This document shows positions 44,544-55,095 of a stretch of DNA of 64,000 bases, piece by piece. The stretch lies in assembly GCA_000091205.1 (NCBI GenBank), contig AP006498.2; one strand, written 5' to 3'. The notes under the pieces were generated by a model, which saw only the letters and a list, made by a program, of their open reading frames with translations, had not been told where the DNA came from and did no database searches. Position numbers and translations under genes: made by a program. Positions within the stretch are counted from its first letter, which is position 1. Every line of letters starts with the position of its first letter. The stretch is from Cyanidioschyzon merolae. Its lineage: Eukaryota.

Positions 44544-47500
44544 ATGGATCGGAGCGAATTACATGCTAGCAGCTGCGCCTGGGAAATAACATACGCCCTC
44601 TCTAGTTTACACACAGGTGGCAAAGTCGTTCCGTGGCCCATCGAGCGCCACAGTCAAGAGGGCACCACAGCGACGCCGGAGCAGCAGCGACACAGCCGCG
44701 TTCCCGAGTTTCACTCGTGGGTAGGGTTACTCACCCAGAAAGCCAATCGAGCGCTTGGATGCATTCTAACTGCCGATCCGTGCGATGAAAGCGACGTCGA
44801 CCGGACTGCGTCAGCAGAAGAGGGCGCAGGGGAAGCGCCTCCCTGCTGTGCTTCTCTACTGCCAGTCGTTGCGCTCCGGACGCTACCGCGGACTAGGGAC
44901 CAGCTTCACGACACTACTCGTGCCGCTGGTTACATTGATGATGCCTTTGAAGACGACGACGATGATGATCTGGATGATGAGGCACTTACCGCAATGGCGT
45001 GTTCACCAGACGGCGATCAGGCTGTACTCGCAACCCGATCGGGTTACGCGTACCTCTTTCGTGAACTCTGTCGGTACCACGATCTCGCGGAAACGCACGT
45101 AGCGGCACGCAAGACCCCGGGAACTCGAAGCGAGCCACCGCGGATCGAGGAACCGTTCTGGACCTGGCTGCCGTTTGGTACGGATACCCAGGTGGTCGTA
45201 GCGTGCGAGTTCGATGCAACTGGTCAGTATTTGGCCGTTGCGAGCGCTGTTGGGGAAGTGCGACTCTATTATCTACCTACGAGGACAGTAGTCCAACGTT
45301 TCCGTTGCACCAAGGGGCACGGCATGGTGACTTGCTTACGTTTATTACGAGGTCACGAGGCCACAGATACGTCGATCGGGACGCGGTTAACCGCAATGCC
45401 AACGGACTCGGAGAAGGAGCAGCGAAACACTGAAGCAGTGCACGGCGCAGGGGCACCAGACGAACATGCGGTGACAGCCGCAGATGTCAGCGCTACAGCG
45501 TCGTTGCCGGCGGTTCCCGGCAGCATGACAGTCGACCGCTCGCAAGTCGATGTAGCCGGGGATCATCCGCAGGCTTTGCTTTCGTCGTCTCGTTCGCCGT
45601 TCAAAGGAAAGAAATCCACTACCGCTGCCTCCGAGCAGGTGCGGCAACGCGAGACCTGCGTTCCGCCGTCGCTCCCGAGGCCTTCGCTGCTGCTGGGTTG
45701 CGAGGACGGTACCATATGGGCACTGCCGGGATCACCGGGAGCGCGTCCTCGCTCCGTACACGAACACACGAGTGCGGTGCTGCACCTGCAGGTGCTCGGC
45801 GGCGACCAGCACGTGCATCCTTCACATCGTCGGGTCATCAGCGCAGGTCTGGATACGTATCTGCTCGAGTGGGATGAACGATTCGGACGACCGCACGGCG
45901 CCGTACCCGTAGGAGAGGCGATCACCGCGCTTCTACCGATTCACAGGGGAGTGCACCTTGGCGGCTGGTTGATCGCCACCATGAGTGGTGTCGTGTACCT
46001 GCTGCCGTTCAGCGGCGCTGATACACCAGACGCGCACGCACGACATCAACAAGTTGCGAATCGAACCGCACGTTTGGTGCCGTTGTTGCGCATGGAAAGC
46101 GGGTCTGTTCAGTTGATCGACTCGTCACCGCAAACCCAACCAGGTACGACGTTCCCGTCGAAATCGTCAGACGAGACGTCATCTACCGACACGGTAACGG
46201 TGCTCGGTTTCATGCCCTGGCCACGATCGCATGAAACATCCGGGGGCCTGGCGCAGCCTGCCGGAATAGAGCGGGTGCTCATCACGACCTCCGATCAATG
46301 CCTGCACTTGATCGAGCTCAGCGTGCACCACGACCGCCACGGCAACCGAGTCTGCCGTGCACATGTCGTCGCTTCGGTGATGACCAATTTGGATGAAGTG
46401 TACAGCCTCGCCCCGCTGCGCCTGCGTTCAGCGGGCTCACGGGCACCAGCACTGGCGTTTGCAACCAACGCCCATGCCATAGCCGTAGCCAGAATCATCG
46501 GCGTCGATCGTGTCGAGACACTGTGTTTCCAGCGCATGCTCAGGGGTCACTGCGACGCAGTGCTGGGCCTGTGTGTGCCTCCAGCACTGCCACCGACGTC
46601 CAAGGTGGGTCCACTTGCGTATGCACCGGATGCGACACTAGTATCCGTTTCGAAGGATACCACAGTGCGCCTCTGGGATGTCGATCGGGGTGTGTGCTGC
46701 GGTGTTGGACGCGGGCACACTGCAGCCCTCAGCGCTGTTACTTGTGGATGGATCCTGACACGTCATCGCTGGAGCCTCTGGATTGCCTCCGCGGGCGATG
46801 ATGGTGCGCTGAAACTGTGGACGCCTCCAGGATTACCATCGGTAGCGGATCATGATAATGATCATGCCCTAGCTACGCAAGGCATGCGACGGGATGCGCC
46901 GCTCGAGTGCTGGTGCACCGTTGCACACGCCCACGATGGCGAGATACACTGCCTGGCAACGGCACCAAATGCCCCGTATCTCGCTTCTGGGTCCCAGGAC
47001 AAGTCCGTGAAACTGTGGCGCATTAGCAGCGACCCCGATGGTAACGTTCAGGTTACCGCTTGGCGCATGCTCAGTGGCCATCGGCGGAGCGTTTGGGCTG
47101 TTTGCTTCGGGCACAATGAGCCGGTGCTTGCTTCAGCGTCTGCGGATCGCACAATTCGCGTGTGGTCGATAGCCGACGGCCAATGTTTGCGGCAGCTCGA
47201 AGCTGGCGGTGCTGCCTTTTCTAGCAGAGCGCCTAACCTTGGTTCATTTCTTTGCTGCAGCTTTTTGGCAGGCGATTCGCGAATCGTCGCCGGAAGTGCG
47301 GAAGGCGCCCTCTATCAATGGCACTGGCGTTCTGGTCAACTGCTTGGGGAAATCTATCGATGTCGATCGATGGAAGTGCCGCAGCGGAGCAGCAGCAGCA
47401 GCAGCATCCGTAGTAGAACGCACGAGAGCGCCCACCAGGATCGTCTGTGGTCGTTATTGGTGATCGAGCACGACCTTCGAGACACTCATCTCGAAAGCGC

Positions 47501-48194
47501 AAGCACCGACAGCAACAACTGCAGTCGATGCTCGCTTCTCGTAACCGGAGGCGCTGACGGGAGGATCCGCTGCTGGCGTGACGTGTCTGCCGAGGAGCGA
47601 GCGCGGCAGCTCGTGGAACAGGAAGCCAGGCTGCAGATGGACCAGGAGCTGCAAAGAGCGCTTGCCATGGGAAACTTCACCGAGGCACTCCGTGGCGCCA
47701 TACAACTCGAGCAGCCGCTGCGAGCTTTCCTCATTCTGGAGAAAATGGGGTCAGGAGCGTTTGCGCAGAGCCCGCTGCAGCATATCGCTGCTGTCGAAAC
47801 GGTTGTACGAGCGTTGCACGAGCCCTCCGAGGTAGGTCGTCTACTCGAGTATGCTCGCGAGTGGTGCGCGCAGCGGCGAACGGCGTTCACGGGTCATTTG
47901 CTGCTGCGAGCCGTCTTCCGCGTCCATTATCCACCGTATCGGTTACGTTCGCTGCTGCAGGCAGCTGGTTATAGAGCAGAAGCGATCGACAACCTGAAGC
48001 ACGCACTCATTGCGTACGCAGAACGCCAGGCTCGCGATCTACTCCGGATCCAGGATGCCTTGCAGTTACTTCCGTATGCGGAAGCACGCTCAGGATTACC
48101 GGAGCGGTTCACAGGTGATGGCACGGGGGAGGCATCAGCGGTTCCTGAGCGAGAGCTTGCGCGTGTCCCGGATCCGTACGGATGCGCAACGTAA
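44544..48194 (+). CDS. UTP13: U3 snoRNP / SSU processome protein UTP13 (transducin beta-like 3), with multiple WD40 repeats and a C-terminal Utp13 domain.
   Basis: WD repeats (e.g. LRGHCDAVLGLCV, SVSKDTTVRLWDV, ASGSQDKSVKLWRI, ASASADRTIRVWSI). The C-terminus (QELQRALAMGNFTEALRGAIQLEQPLRAFLILEKM...LLEYAREWCAQRRTAFTGHLLLRAV) matches the Utp13 domain of TBL3 (LLLALRLDQPHRLLQLL...LLSWSREWNTNSRHCHVAQAVLRVL). The first ATG is MDRSELH at 44544. Confidence 0.75.
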   Translation: MDRSELHASSCAWEITYALSSLHTGGKVVPWPIERHSQEGTTATPEQQRHSRVPEFHSWVGLLTQKANRALGCILTADPCDESDVDRTASAEEGAGEAPPCCASLLPVVALRTLPRTRDQLHDTTRAAGYIDDAFEDDDDDDLDDEALTAMACSPDGDQAVLATRSGYAYLFRELCRYHDLAETHVAARKTPGTRSEPPRIEEPFWTWLPFGTDTQVVVACEFDATGQYLAVASAVGEVRLYYLPTRTVVQRFRCTKGHGMVTCLRLLRGHEATDTSIGTRLTAMPTDSEKEQRNTEAVHGAGAPDEHAVTAADVSATASLPAVPGSMTVDRSQVDVAGDHPQALLSSSRSPFKGKKSTTAASEQVRQRETCVPPSLPRPSLLLGCEDGTIWALPGSPGARPRSVHEHTSAVLHLQVLGGDQHVHPSHRRVISAGLDTYLLEWDERFGRPHGAVPVGEAITALLPIHRGVHLGGWLIATMSGVVYLLPFSGADTPDAHARHQQVANRTARLVPLLRMESGSVQLIDSSPQTQPGTTFPSKSSDETSSTDTVTVLGFMPWPRSHETSGGLAQPAGIERVLITTSDQCLHLIELSVHHDRHGNRVCRAHVVASVMTNLDEVYSLAPLRLRSAGSRAPALAFATNAHAIAVARIIGVDRVETLCFQRMLRGHCDAVLGLCVPPALPPTSKVGPLAYAPDATLVSVSKDTTVRLWDVDRGVCCGVGRGHTAALSAVTCGWILTRHRWSLWIASAGDDGALKLWTPPGLPSVADHDNDHALATQGMRRDAPLECWCTVAHAHDGEIHCLATAPNAPYLASGSQDKSVKLWRISSDPDGNVQVTAWRMLSGHRRSVWAVCFGHNEPVLASASADRTIRVWSIADGQCLRQLEAGGAAFSSRAPNLGSFLCCSFLAGDSRIVAGSAEGALYQWHWRSGQLLGEIYRCRSMEVPQRSSSSSSIRSRTHESAHQDRLWSLLVIEHDLRDTHLESASTDSNNCSRCSLLVTGGADGRIRCWRDVSAEERARQLVEQEARLQMDQELQRALAMGNFTEALRGAIQLEQPLRAFLILEKMGSGAFAQSPLQHIAAVETVVRALHEPSEVGRLLEYAREWCAQRRTAFTGHLLLRAVFRVHYPPYRLRSLLQAAGYRAEAIDNLKHALIAYAERQARDLLRIQDALQLLPYAEARSGLPERFTGDGTGEASAVPERELARVPDPYGCAT

Positions 48195-49537
48195 AGTCTG
48201 GGCACGGGCGACGCTTGCCACAGCTGGTATCGTTGGGTAAATGTCAACGCAATGAAGGCTGCAACTTTTGAGGCAGTTCGCACATTTTTCAAGTCTGTTT
48301 GCTGTTCTCGACCGTGTTCAGCAAAGGGCATGTATCCAGTGGCGCGTAGAAACGTCGTAAGGATTTTTGCTATATGTAGGATTCGGTTGTGAAGAAAACG
48401 ACTTTTTGAGACAAGTCAGTCGCTCCAGGGCCAGCCCATGGATGAGTCTGGCGTCTCGTGGTCGCTATACGACCTGACATGTGCCATGAAAACAGCACGT
48501 ATCATTATGGATCTGCACGACGGTATCCTCGTCAATCCATACCAGTCTATACGACCTCTATGAAATACGAACAGAGACGCCGTAGGATGTGAAGTATCCG
48601 GACAATTCATGCGAACAGTCGTGAGGAGACGCAATGGGCCAAGAAACAGGTACGCTTCGACTGTGGATCGTAGCGTGCTGAACAACACGCCATCGATGTC
48701 GTACTGGAATGCGACTGGGTTTGACTATAGGGACGGGGATTCGTCTCACGTGATGAGCGTTTATTCGGTGAAAACCCTAGACTTGTGTATGGGTTCTCAG
48801 AGCGCGGCAAACCGCTGTTCGTGAAGAAGAGCCAGGCGAGTGTGCAGCTAGCCATGGCAAGGAGAGAGGGCATGGGACGCGCGCCTGGAGCAAGACACGG
48901 ATATGGTGCGGTTCAGCAAACAGGCAAGGTTGGGGCGCCTCATATGTACCCCAGAAACGAAATTCCTGGGCAATTGGTGAGCGATAACGATGTTCGATTC
49001 TTGGATTGACGGCGTCTAGGTGATTCGCTGGACCAGCGTAAACGTTGCCATATGAGCGGCATCGCGCTGACTCGAGCCCCAGTGGTGAAGCATGGTCGCT
49101 GTCGACAATGGGATAGGATCCGCATCCAGCACGTCTTTTCGCAGGCCGTGCTGACGATGCGAAGCGGTCTCCAGGTACGTCGCCGCAAGTTACGGGACCG
49201 TTGCACCGTTGCTGTGGTGTATCGAACGGTGGGAGTGCTTGTCGCATGACTAGCACCACCGCCACTACTACGATTATTATTACTACCACTACTGGGCGTA
49301 CTGGTGCGCCATCAGGCAAGCGAAAGCTGGTGCTGTCCCGTTCCTCGCCCAGAGGCTCCGTGCTTTCAAACATGGCAGCGGCATGCGTCGCTTCCTCTTT
49401 TTTCATGATTTACAGCAATTGCACGCTGTCATGTACGGGTCATTTCGAGCGCATCCGCTTCACGGGTCGTGCGCAACCCCGACGAGACGATAACGCTTGC
49501 TCGACGACGACGACGACGACGATGACAAGCACAATTT

Positions 49538-51139
49538 TCACTGCGGCAGCGGAGGCGGCGGCGGCGGCGGCTGATCCTCCTGTTCAGCGCCGGCAACGCT
49601 GTTCCCCGAAATCGGGAACTGATCTCCTGTAGTGACGCCGGTGGACCAGCGAGCAGCATCAGCGCCTCCGAACTGCGGTGTCCGAAGCGTACCTGTGAGG
49701 TCCTGGGAACCCCACGCGCCTGCAGCAAGATTTTGATATGCAGCGTACGGTGTGGCAGCAGCGACCGCTTCCCCAGCGTATCGCGGAGTATAGCCAGTTT
49801 GACCCTGGGCATACAGCGCTGTCGCACTGCCTGTGGCGATAGCGGGCGTCGAGAATGGCCCGGCGTACTGCGTGGTTCCAAAGGCCCCTGCCGCCCCAAC
49901 AGTCTGCGTCATGCCTCCGGGCAAGTTGCCGTAGATCGCCATTTGGAGTCGCTCTTGTTGATTTCTGCGTTGCTCGTAGGAAAGCAGAAGATAACTCAGA
50001 TCCTGGTTGAGCGCAATGGAGTGGCTCTCGGCCTCGTCGCGCAGGCAGGGCACCAGAGAGAGAATTTTCTCAATGAGCACGCGAAAGCTGCTCTGAACGA
50101 TTGCCTCTGGTGGGAGCACGCCCGTGCTCTCCAAGGTGAAATAAAAGGTTCGCTGGCCCTCGGCGTCTGAACCACGACTCAGAGTAATGAGCTGAAATGG
50201 ATTTTGACCAGCTTCCTCGAGTGCGAACTGCAGTTCGCGCAGGCAGTCGTTGCTGATCTCAATGCGACCCCGCAGATACGCCTCATCTTCAACGATTTCA
50301 ACATCGCCGGTGACGACATTCGCCTCGACTCGAAGCGCACCCCCGCCCATCTTGACGATGAGGCGCTTCTGTTCACTGGACAGCACCGCGTTTATGCGGC
50401 CCAAATCAAGGCGCACACTCGGGTCCATTCGGTACGAGGCTGCGGCAACAGGGGACCACTTGGCGTGCTCCCTGCCGGTTCCTTTCTTAGCGATGCAGCG
50501 CACATACAATCGCTGACCCCGACGAAGCTTACAGATAACGATGCCTGCGTCAGCGGAGGTGCGGTCCCTGCTAGAATCCGGCGCCAACTCCCAAGGCTGG
50601 TCGGGTCGGTGGATCGGCACCACTGCCCGCACGTATGCAGGTCCATCAAAGTAACGCGGGTCCATCTGCAGATGGCGAGACGTTACGTTCATTTCCTCGA
50701 GTTCGCCGTCCGGGGGACAGGTCACGTCGAGAATATACTCAACGCTGCACTTTTCGCAGTTCGTTGCTTCCATAGGGTTCCCCGATAGTGCTGCGATCCG
50801 AGACTGCGTGCAGTCGCAGTCACGGTTGTAGTTGAAATACTCCGCCGTGTCCGAACGCAGCGGAACCAGACCAAGACGGTGAGCTACGAACTCATCGTGC
50901 AGCGGACTATCGTTGACATATATGGTGACCAGATCGATGCTCATAGTTGGCACAGAAGCGATCATGGCGCGACGCAGCGCATTCGCAACGGAGATATCGG
51001 TATCGGAGAGCGTAAAGTCACACTCGGTTGCGGCCAAACGCGTCAAGCGCAGTTTAGGAAAGCGCTGCAGAGACGCCGACTCCGTAGACTCGGTACGCCC
51101 CGGTGCAAGGGCGCCATTCCCGGCACTGACACCGTTCAT
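49538..51139 (-). CDS. RPB3: DNA-directed RNA polymerase II subunit Rpb3, carrying an unusual C-terminal low-complexity extension (Tyr/Ala/Gly/Gln-rich, ending in a PPPPPPPLPQ stretch) of about 200 aa.
   Basis: The ATG at 51139 is verified. FTLSDTDISVANALRRAMIASVPTMSIDLVTIYVNDSPLHDEFVAHRLGLVPL matches the Rpb3/RpoA dimerisation domain. The zinc loop C-D-C...C-E-K-C-S-V matches the Rpb3 CxCx3CxxC motif (yeast CDKCSV). The protein is 533 aa, against about 270-320 aa in typical Rpb3. Confidence 0.75.
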   Translation of the reverse strand: MNGVSAGNGALAPGRTESTESASLQRFPKLRLTRLAATECDFTLSDTDISVANALRRAMIASVPTMSIDLVTIYVNDSPLHDEFVAHRLGLVPLRSDTAEYFNYNRDCDCTQSRIAALSGNPMEATNCEKCSVEYILDVTCPPDGELEEMNVTSRHLQMDPRYFDGPAYVRAVVPIHRPDQPWELAPDSSRDRTSADAGIVICKLRRGQRLYVRCIAKKGTGREHAKWSPVAAASYRMDPSVRLDLGRINAVLSSEQKRLIVKMGGGALRVEANVVTGDVEIVEDEAYLRGRIEISNDCLRELQFALEEAGQNPFQLITLSRGSDAEGQRTFYFTLESTGVLPPEAIVQSSFRVLIEKILSLVPCLRDEAESHSIALNQDLSYLLLSYEQRRNQQERLQMAIYGNLPGGMTQTVGAAGAFGTTQYAGPFSTPAIATGSATALYAQGQTGYTPRYAGEAVAAATPYAAYQNLAAGAWGSQDLTGTLRTPQFGGADAARWSTGVTTGDQFPISGNSVAGAEQEDQPPPPPPPLPQ

Positions 51140-51288
51140 CGTCTGGGATGGAGTGAGGTTTCCCCACTATTCCGCTGAAGAAGAGTCGAAGACGATCCGC
51201 ACGCGCGACGAAGTCGTCAGCGTCTTGCAGGAGTGCTATACGGGCGAGCGCGTTCGGGCTTCGAAGCCTCCACCACGACTACACGACC

Positions 51289-51320
51289 GCCACCACCACC
51301 ACCACCACCATCACCATCAC
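51289..51320. repeat. (CAC)n/(CAT)n microsatellite.
   Basis: Direct read. Confidence 0.85.
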
Positions 51321-51616
51321 CCCCGTGAGCACTGCAGTTGGAGGCGTGCGAGGCATCCGCGCGACGACGCCGATTCGATCTGTGGGCGGACTGGCGTATC
51401 CCCCGGCGAAGCGCACAATGATGTCGCGAGAACGACGCCAGTTCTGCACGCAGCATGGTTACAGGGATACCGCGGATACCCAGAAACGTTCCTTCGCCGT
51501 CTCTCCGTGGATACTGAAAAAACGGATCGTCTCGGTGCATCACTTGTTCGAGTCACCACTGGAATACGGCTGAATTGTACAGCTGGTCAGTACACACGCA
51601 CGCAAACACGCAACGT

Positions 51617-51720
51617 TGTTCGATACGTGATGATCCATGCATGCAGATTCCTCATTAGACGCGTTCGATACGTGATGATCCATGCATGCAGATTCCTCAT
51701 TAGACGCGTTCGAATGCACG
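51617..51720. repeat. Tandem duplication of 45 bp x2.2 (GTTCGATACGTGATGATCCATGCATGCAGATTCCTCATTAGACGC).
   Basis: Direct read. Confidence 0.9.
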
Positions 51721-52846
51721 CAGAGGCATGGACACGTATGCACGCGTGCAGCCGAGCATGCAGCGATAGAGCGTCGATCCTGCCGCAGCGGCCGCGCATT
51801 CCCATCATCGATGCCTGCGCAAAGCTATCTCCATGTCGTGTACGGTTGATAACTGAGCACTTCCGAAATTTCAAGCTATCAGGGCTCTGATCCGGTACAT
51901 GGGTGAGACCGCGACGCGACGCAAGAAATCCTCGTGAACAGGCGGTTTTCGCTGACGGTCATCATAGGATTCCGGATATCAACTCGAACGAGGCACGGAG
52001 CGTCTTCGCCTTCATTCGATGTATCCTGGGCATGCAGGTCTCCCGGAAAATAACCAGGGTCGCAACAGCCATCACAGATCAGTCCATTGTGGAAGCGAAC
52101 GCATAGGCATTGCTCCTTGCATCGGATCTGTTAGGATTCGCGCGAGAACTGTCAGGGCCGTGCGCTACTTCTCCATCGAATTGCAGTCGTTTTTGCGCAT
52201 AACTCCGGAGCAACTGGGGATTTCTTAGTTCATCATCCAGCAAAATGAAGCGAATACAGTTTCTTCTTTCTCCGTTATGTGTTGAGCAGCCTGACCGAGC
52301 TCATGCGACGCACAGAATCCGCGCGGGGCACTTCTGGACCTCCCCTGAAGGCCCTGAGCAGTGACAGGCATGATGCTCGTCGGCGTCTCCAGGTACAAGT
52401 GGGCGTCGTGCGATAGCTTCGCGATTTCGGAGAGCGTTTTTTGGACGCTGGCATGGACAGAGACGACATCAGACCGAGGCAAGGCGGATTTCCATTTGTA
52501 CGATCTGTAACGGGACAATGTACCTCGGAAGTGTATTGGCTAAGGATTTCGCTTCTTTCCTGATGAAAAGCCATTGTTTACCTCGAAAAAGTATGCGCTG
52601 GTAGCGCGGACGCAATAATACTAGCGCATCCAGCAAAGGGTCGAGAAACCATTTGAGAGGCGCTTCATTCACATGCCTCCTGAAATGAAGCAAAGGCCGA
52701 GTCGTCTCGGTACCTGCAATAGCGCCAAAGCGCTGCAGCACAACCGCGACACATGCCGCGGCCGAGGCGGCGACTATACCAGCAGCATTCCGAAACCCAT
52801 CCTATGGGTTTGCGGTCAGGTCATAACCCATTTTCAAGTGAATTCC

Positions 52847-54007
52847 TCAACCGGCTGTCTGCGCCATGCGTATGAGTGCCATGCATTTCGCAGCGAATGC
52901 TTCCAGGTGCAGAATGGCCTTGCTGCCCATGCACGCCCGATATTCGTACTCCGCAGCCCAGAAACACAATTGCTGGCCTAGCGCAACGGGCACTCGTTCC
53001 AATAGCCTTCGTAGAACCATGGAAAGAATAATGTCGACTGGGATGCAGTGCGTCAACAGATCGTAGTACAAGGCTCGGACTCGTAATAAACTCGGCGGCG
53101 TTTGCTCCTTGCGGATCTGGTCAGCGATTTCATCACAAATGCTTCGCCAGTCCGGCTCTGGGAGCGCCGAGCCCTTCCGTCCCGCCTTGCTGGTCCAGTA
53201 GGAAGCCTCTAGTGACAGCAGGGCTGAGCGAAGGTTGCCATCACTTGCCCGAATGGCGTGATCAAGAAGCGCTTCGGGCGGCGATTCCGCGGAATGCACC
53301 ATACGCTGCCATACCTGCCTCAGCACCGTTCGCAACTCAGTTTCAGAGGGTGCGCGCACCCGAATCCCCAGACAGCGCGAACGAAGAGGTTCTAACACTC
53401 GTGTTGCCGAGTCGGCAATCAGCACAAGACGACACGTTTGCGCATACTTTTCCATCGTACGCCTTAGAGCCTGTTGTGCCTCCCGTGTGAGGCGATCGAC
53501 GTCGTGCAGAACCACTACCTTGTACGGAAGCCGTTTGGAAGCTGTTTCCGTTGAAGTACCACCTTCCACCATGGCATCCTGTTCCGCAGAACTCAGCAGC
53601 GGCCTGCTGCCCGCGATTTCTTTAATCACGGCCTGTACAAGGAGGCGGTCACTATATCCGACGTCACTGGGATTCAGCTCGATATGGTAGGCGGAGCTCA
53701 CAGTGGTGTACTCCAGGGAGCGCGGAGGATCACCGACGCGCACAAGCCGGTGCTCTACGTGACTGTGATCGACTGCGATACCGTAAAGTTCCCGAAGTAG
53801 GAGACGAACTCGAGTACGCTTTCCCGACCCTGCTGGTCCGTAGAAGAGCAGGTGAGGCAGGTGTGCTGGCGACTCGGACAGGCGCCGAAGCCGTTCGTTT
53901 AACTCCTTGTGCACGACACAGGCCTCGAAAGTGGTTGGTCGACAACGATCAACCCAGAGAAGCCCGGCATACTCTGCGTGGTGTTCGTCTACGTCAACAT
54001 TCTCCAT
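52847..54007 (-). CDS. RFC3: Replication factor C small subunit (human RFC3 / yeast Rfc5 orthologue).
   Basis: LWVDRCRPTTFEACVVHKELNERLRRLSESPAHLPHLLFYGPAGSGKRTRVRLLLRELYG matches human RFC3 (LWVDKYRPCSL...[27 protein letters not shown]). The blocks YHIELNPSDVGYSDR and LRRTMEKYAQTCRLVL also match RFC3. The first ATG (MENVDVDEH) is at 54007, and the track start at 54031 is a TTG. Confidence 0.8.
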   Translation of the reverse strand: MENVDVDEHHAEYAGLLWVDRCRPTTFEACVVHKELNERLRRLSESPAHLPHLLFYGPAGSGKRTRVRLLLRELYGIAVDHSHVEHRLVRVGDPPRSLEYTTVSSAYHIELNPSDVGYSDRLLVQAVIKEIAGSRPLLSSAEQDAMVEGGTSTETASKRLPYKVVVLHDVDRLTREAQQALRRTMEKYAQTCRLVLIADSATRVLEPLRSRCLGIRVRAPSETELRTVLRQVWQRMVHSAESPPEALLDHAIRASDGNLRSALLSLEASYWTSKAGRKGSALPEPDWRSICDEIADQIRKEQTPPSLLRVRALYYDLLTHCIPVDIILSMVLRRLLERVPVALGQQLCFWAAEYEYRACMGSKAILHLEAFAAKCMALIRMAQTAG

Positions 54008-55095
54008 CTCACGCGCCTCGTTCGCCTTCAAGCTAGGTAAGCGAGATGGAGCGCAGTATCGATGATGCTGCTGAAGCGCGCGCGCACGCGTGCCCTTGTG
54101 GTGATGGACCAGATCTCGCCGCAGCCTGCGGGAAACTCCCGCCTGCGATGTTGCCTATTTGTCACGATTTGACGCACGGGAAATGCTACCCAGGGCAACC
54201 ATAACCTCAGGTTTCCAACTCTGCCTCCACTTTCATGTATAGCCAAGATGGAACGGTTGCGCTCTCGCCAAGACACGATTCAGCCCGCAGCGAAGCGAGA
54301 CCGTGATTCCGTTGATAGCTGATCCTCTGCTTTTTTATACCAGTATCGTGTTCAGTAGCTGGTTTCTACTGAACCCTGTCGACTATGAAATCAATCCGCC
54401 TGGAATAAACCCAGAAAATCTCGTGCAGCGCGAGTTTTTGCCATCGTGAATGTGACGCGCCAAATAGCGCGTGCCTCGCAAAAAGAACTGAGCGCTGCGT
54501 TCCGCGCGTTGCGGATCAACGCGCACGATAACGCAGTACGCGTTTCCTTCATGTAGACACGGAGCGCCAGCCCTCGAGCGGGCCGCTCCCGACGTTCATT
54601 CTGCAGTGAGAGGAATGCCACATTCTAAAAGTGCCCTGCAAAGCAGTCCAAGTCCAGAACTGCATCAAATGCTCGATGGTTTCCGTCGATGAGTCACCAC
54701 TGCAGATCCCAAATCAATACGCCTCACAGCCCGTAGCGCATACCTTTAAACAGCAAGCACCTTCACCACGTTGCACTGCACCCTCGATACGCTCATCGAT
54801 ATGAGACGCCCACCAGGCTCGATGCATCAACGATGCAGGCGCGTGAAGTCGTTAACGAAGGAACGATCAGCGCACCCGATACCGCTTGTAACTCCTGAGC
54901 AGCGCCCGCCGTGCTGCAGATGCGCGAATCACAGGCGCCGTGGCCCAATCGGCCGTTCGTCTGCGAAGCAATGGCGGATTGCCGAAAGACTGCCGCATCG
55001 TCGCTCATTTGGGGGGACAATTGGTGGCAGCGCGTACGAGTGAAGACAACACACGGGTATCTGCTGAACGCTTGAAACTCGCTTTATTCGAACTT

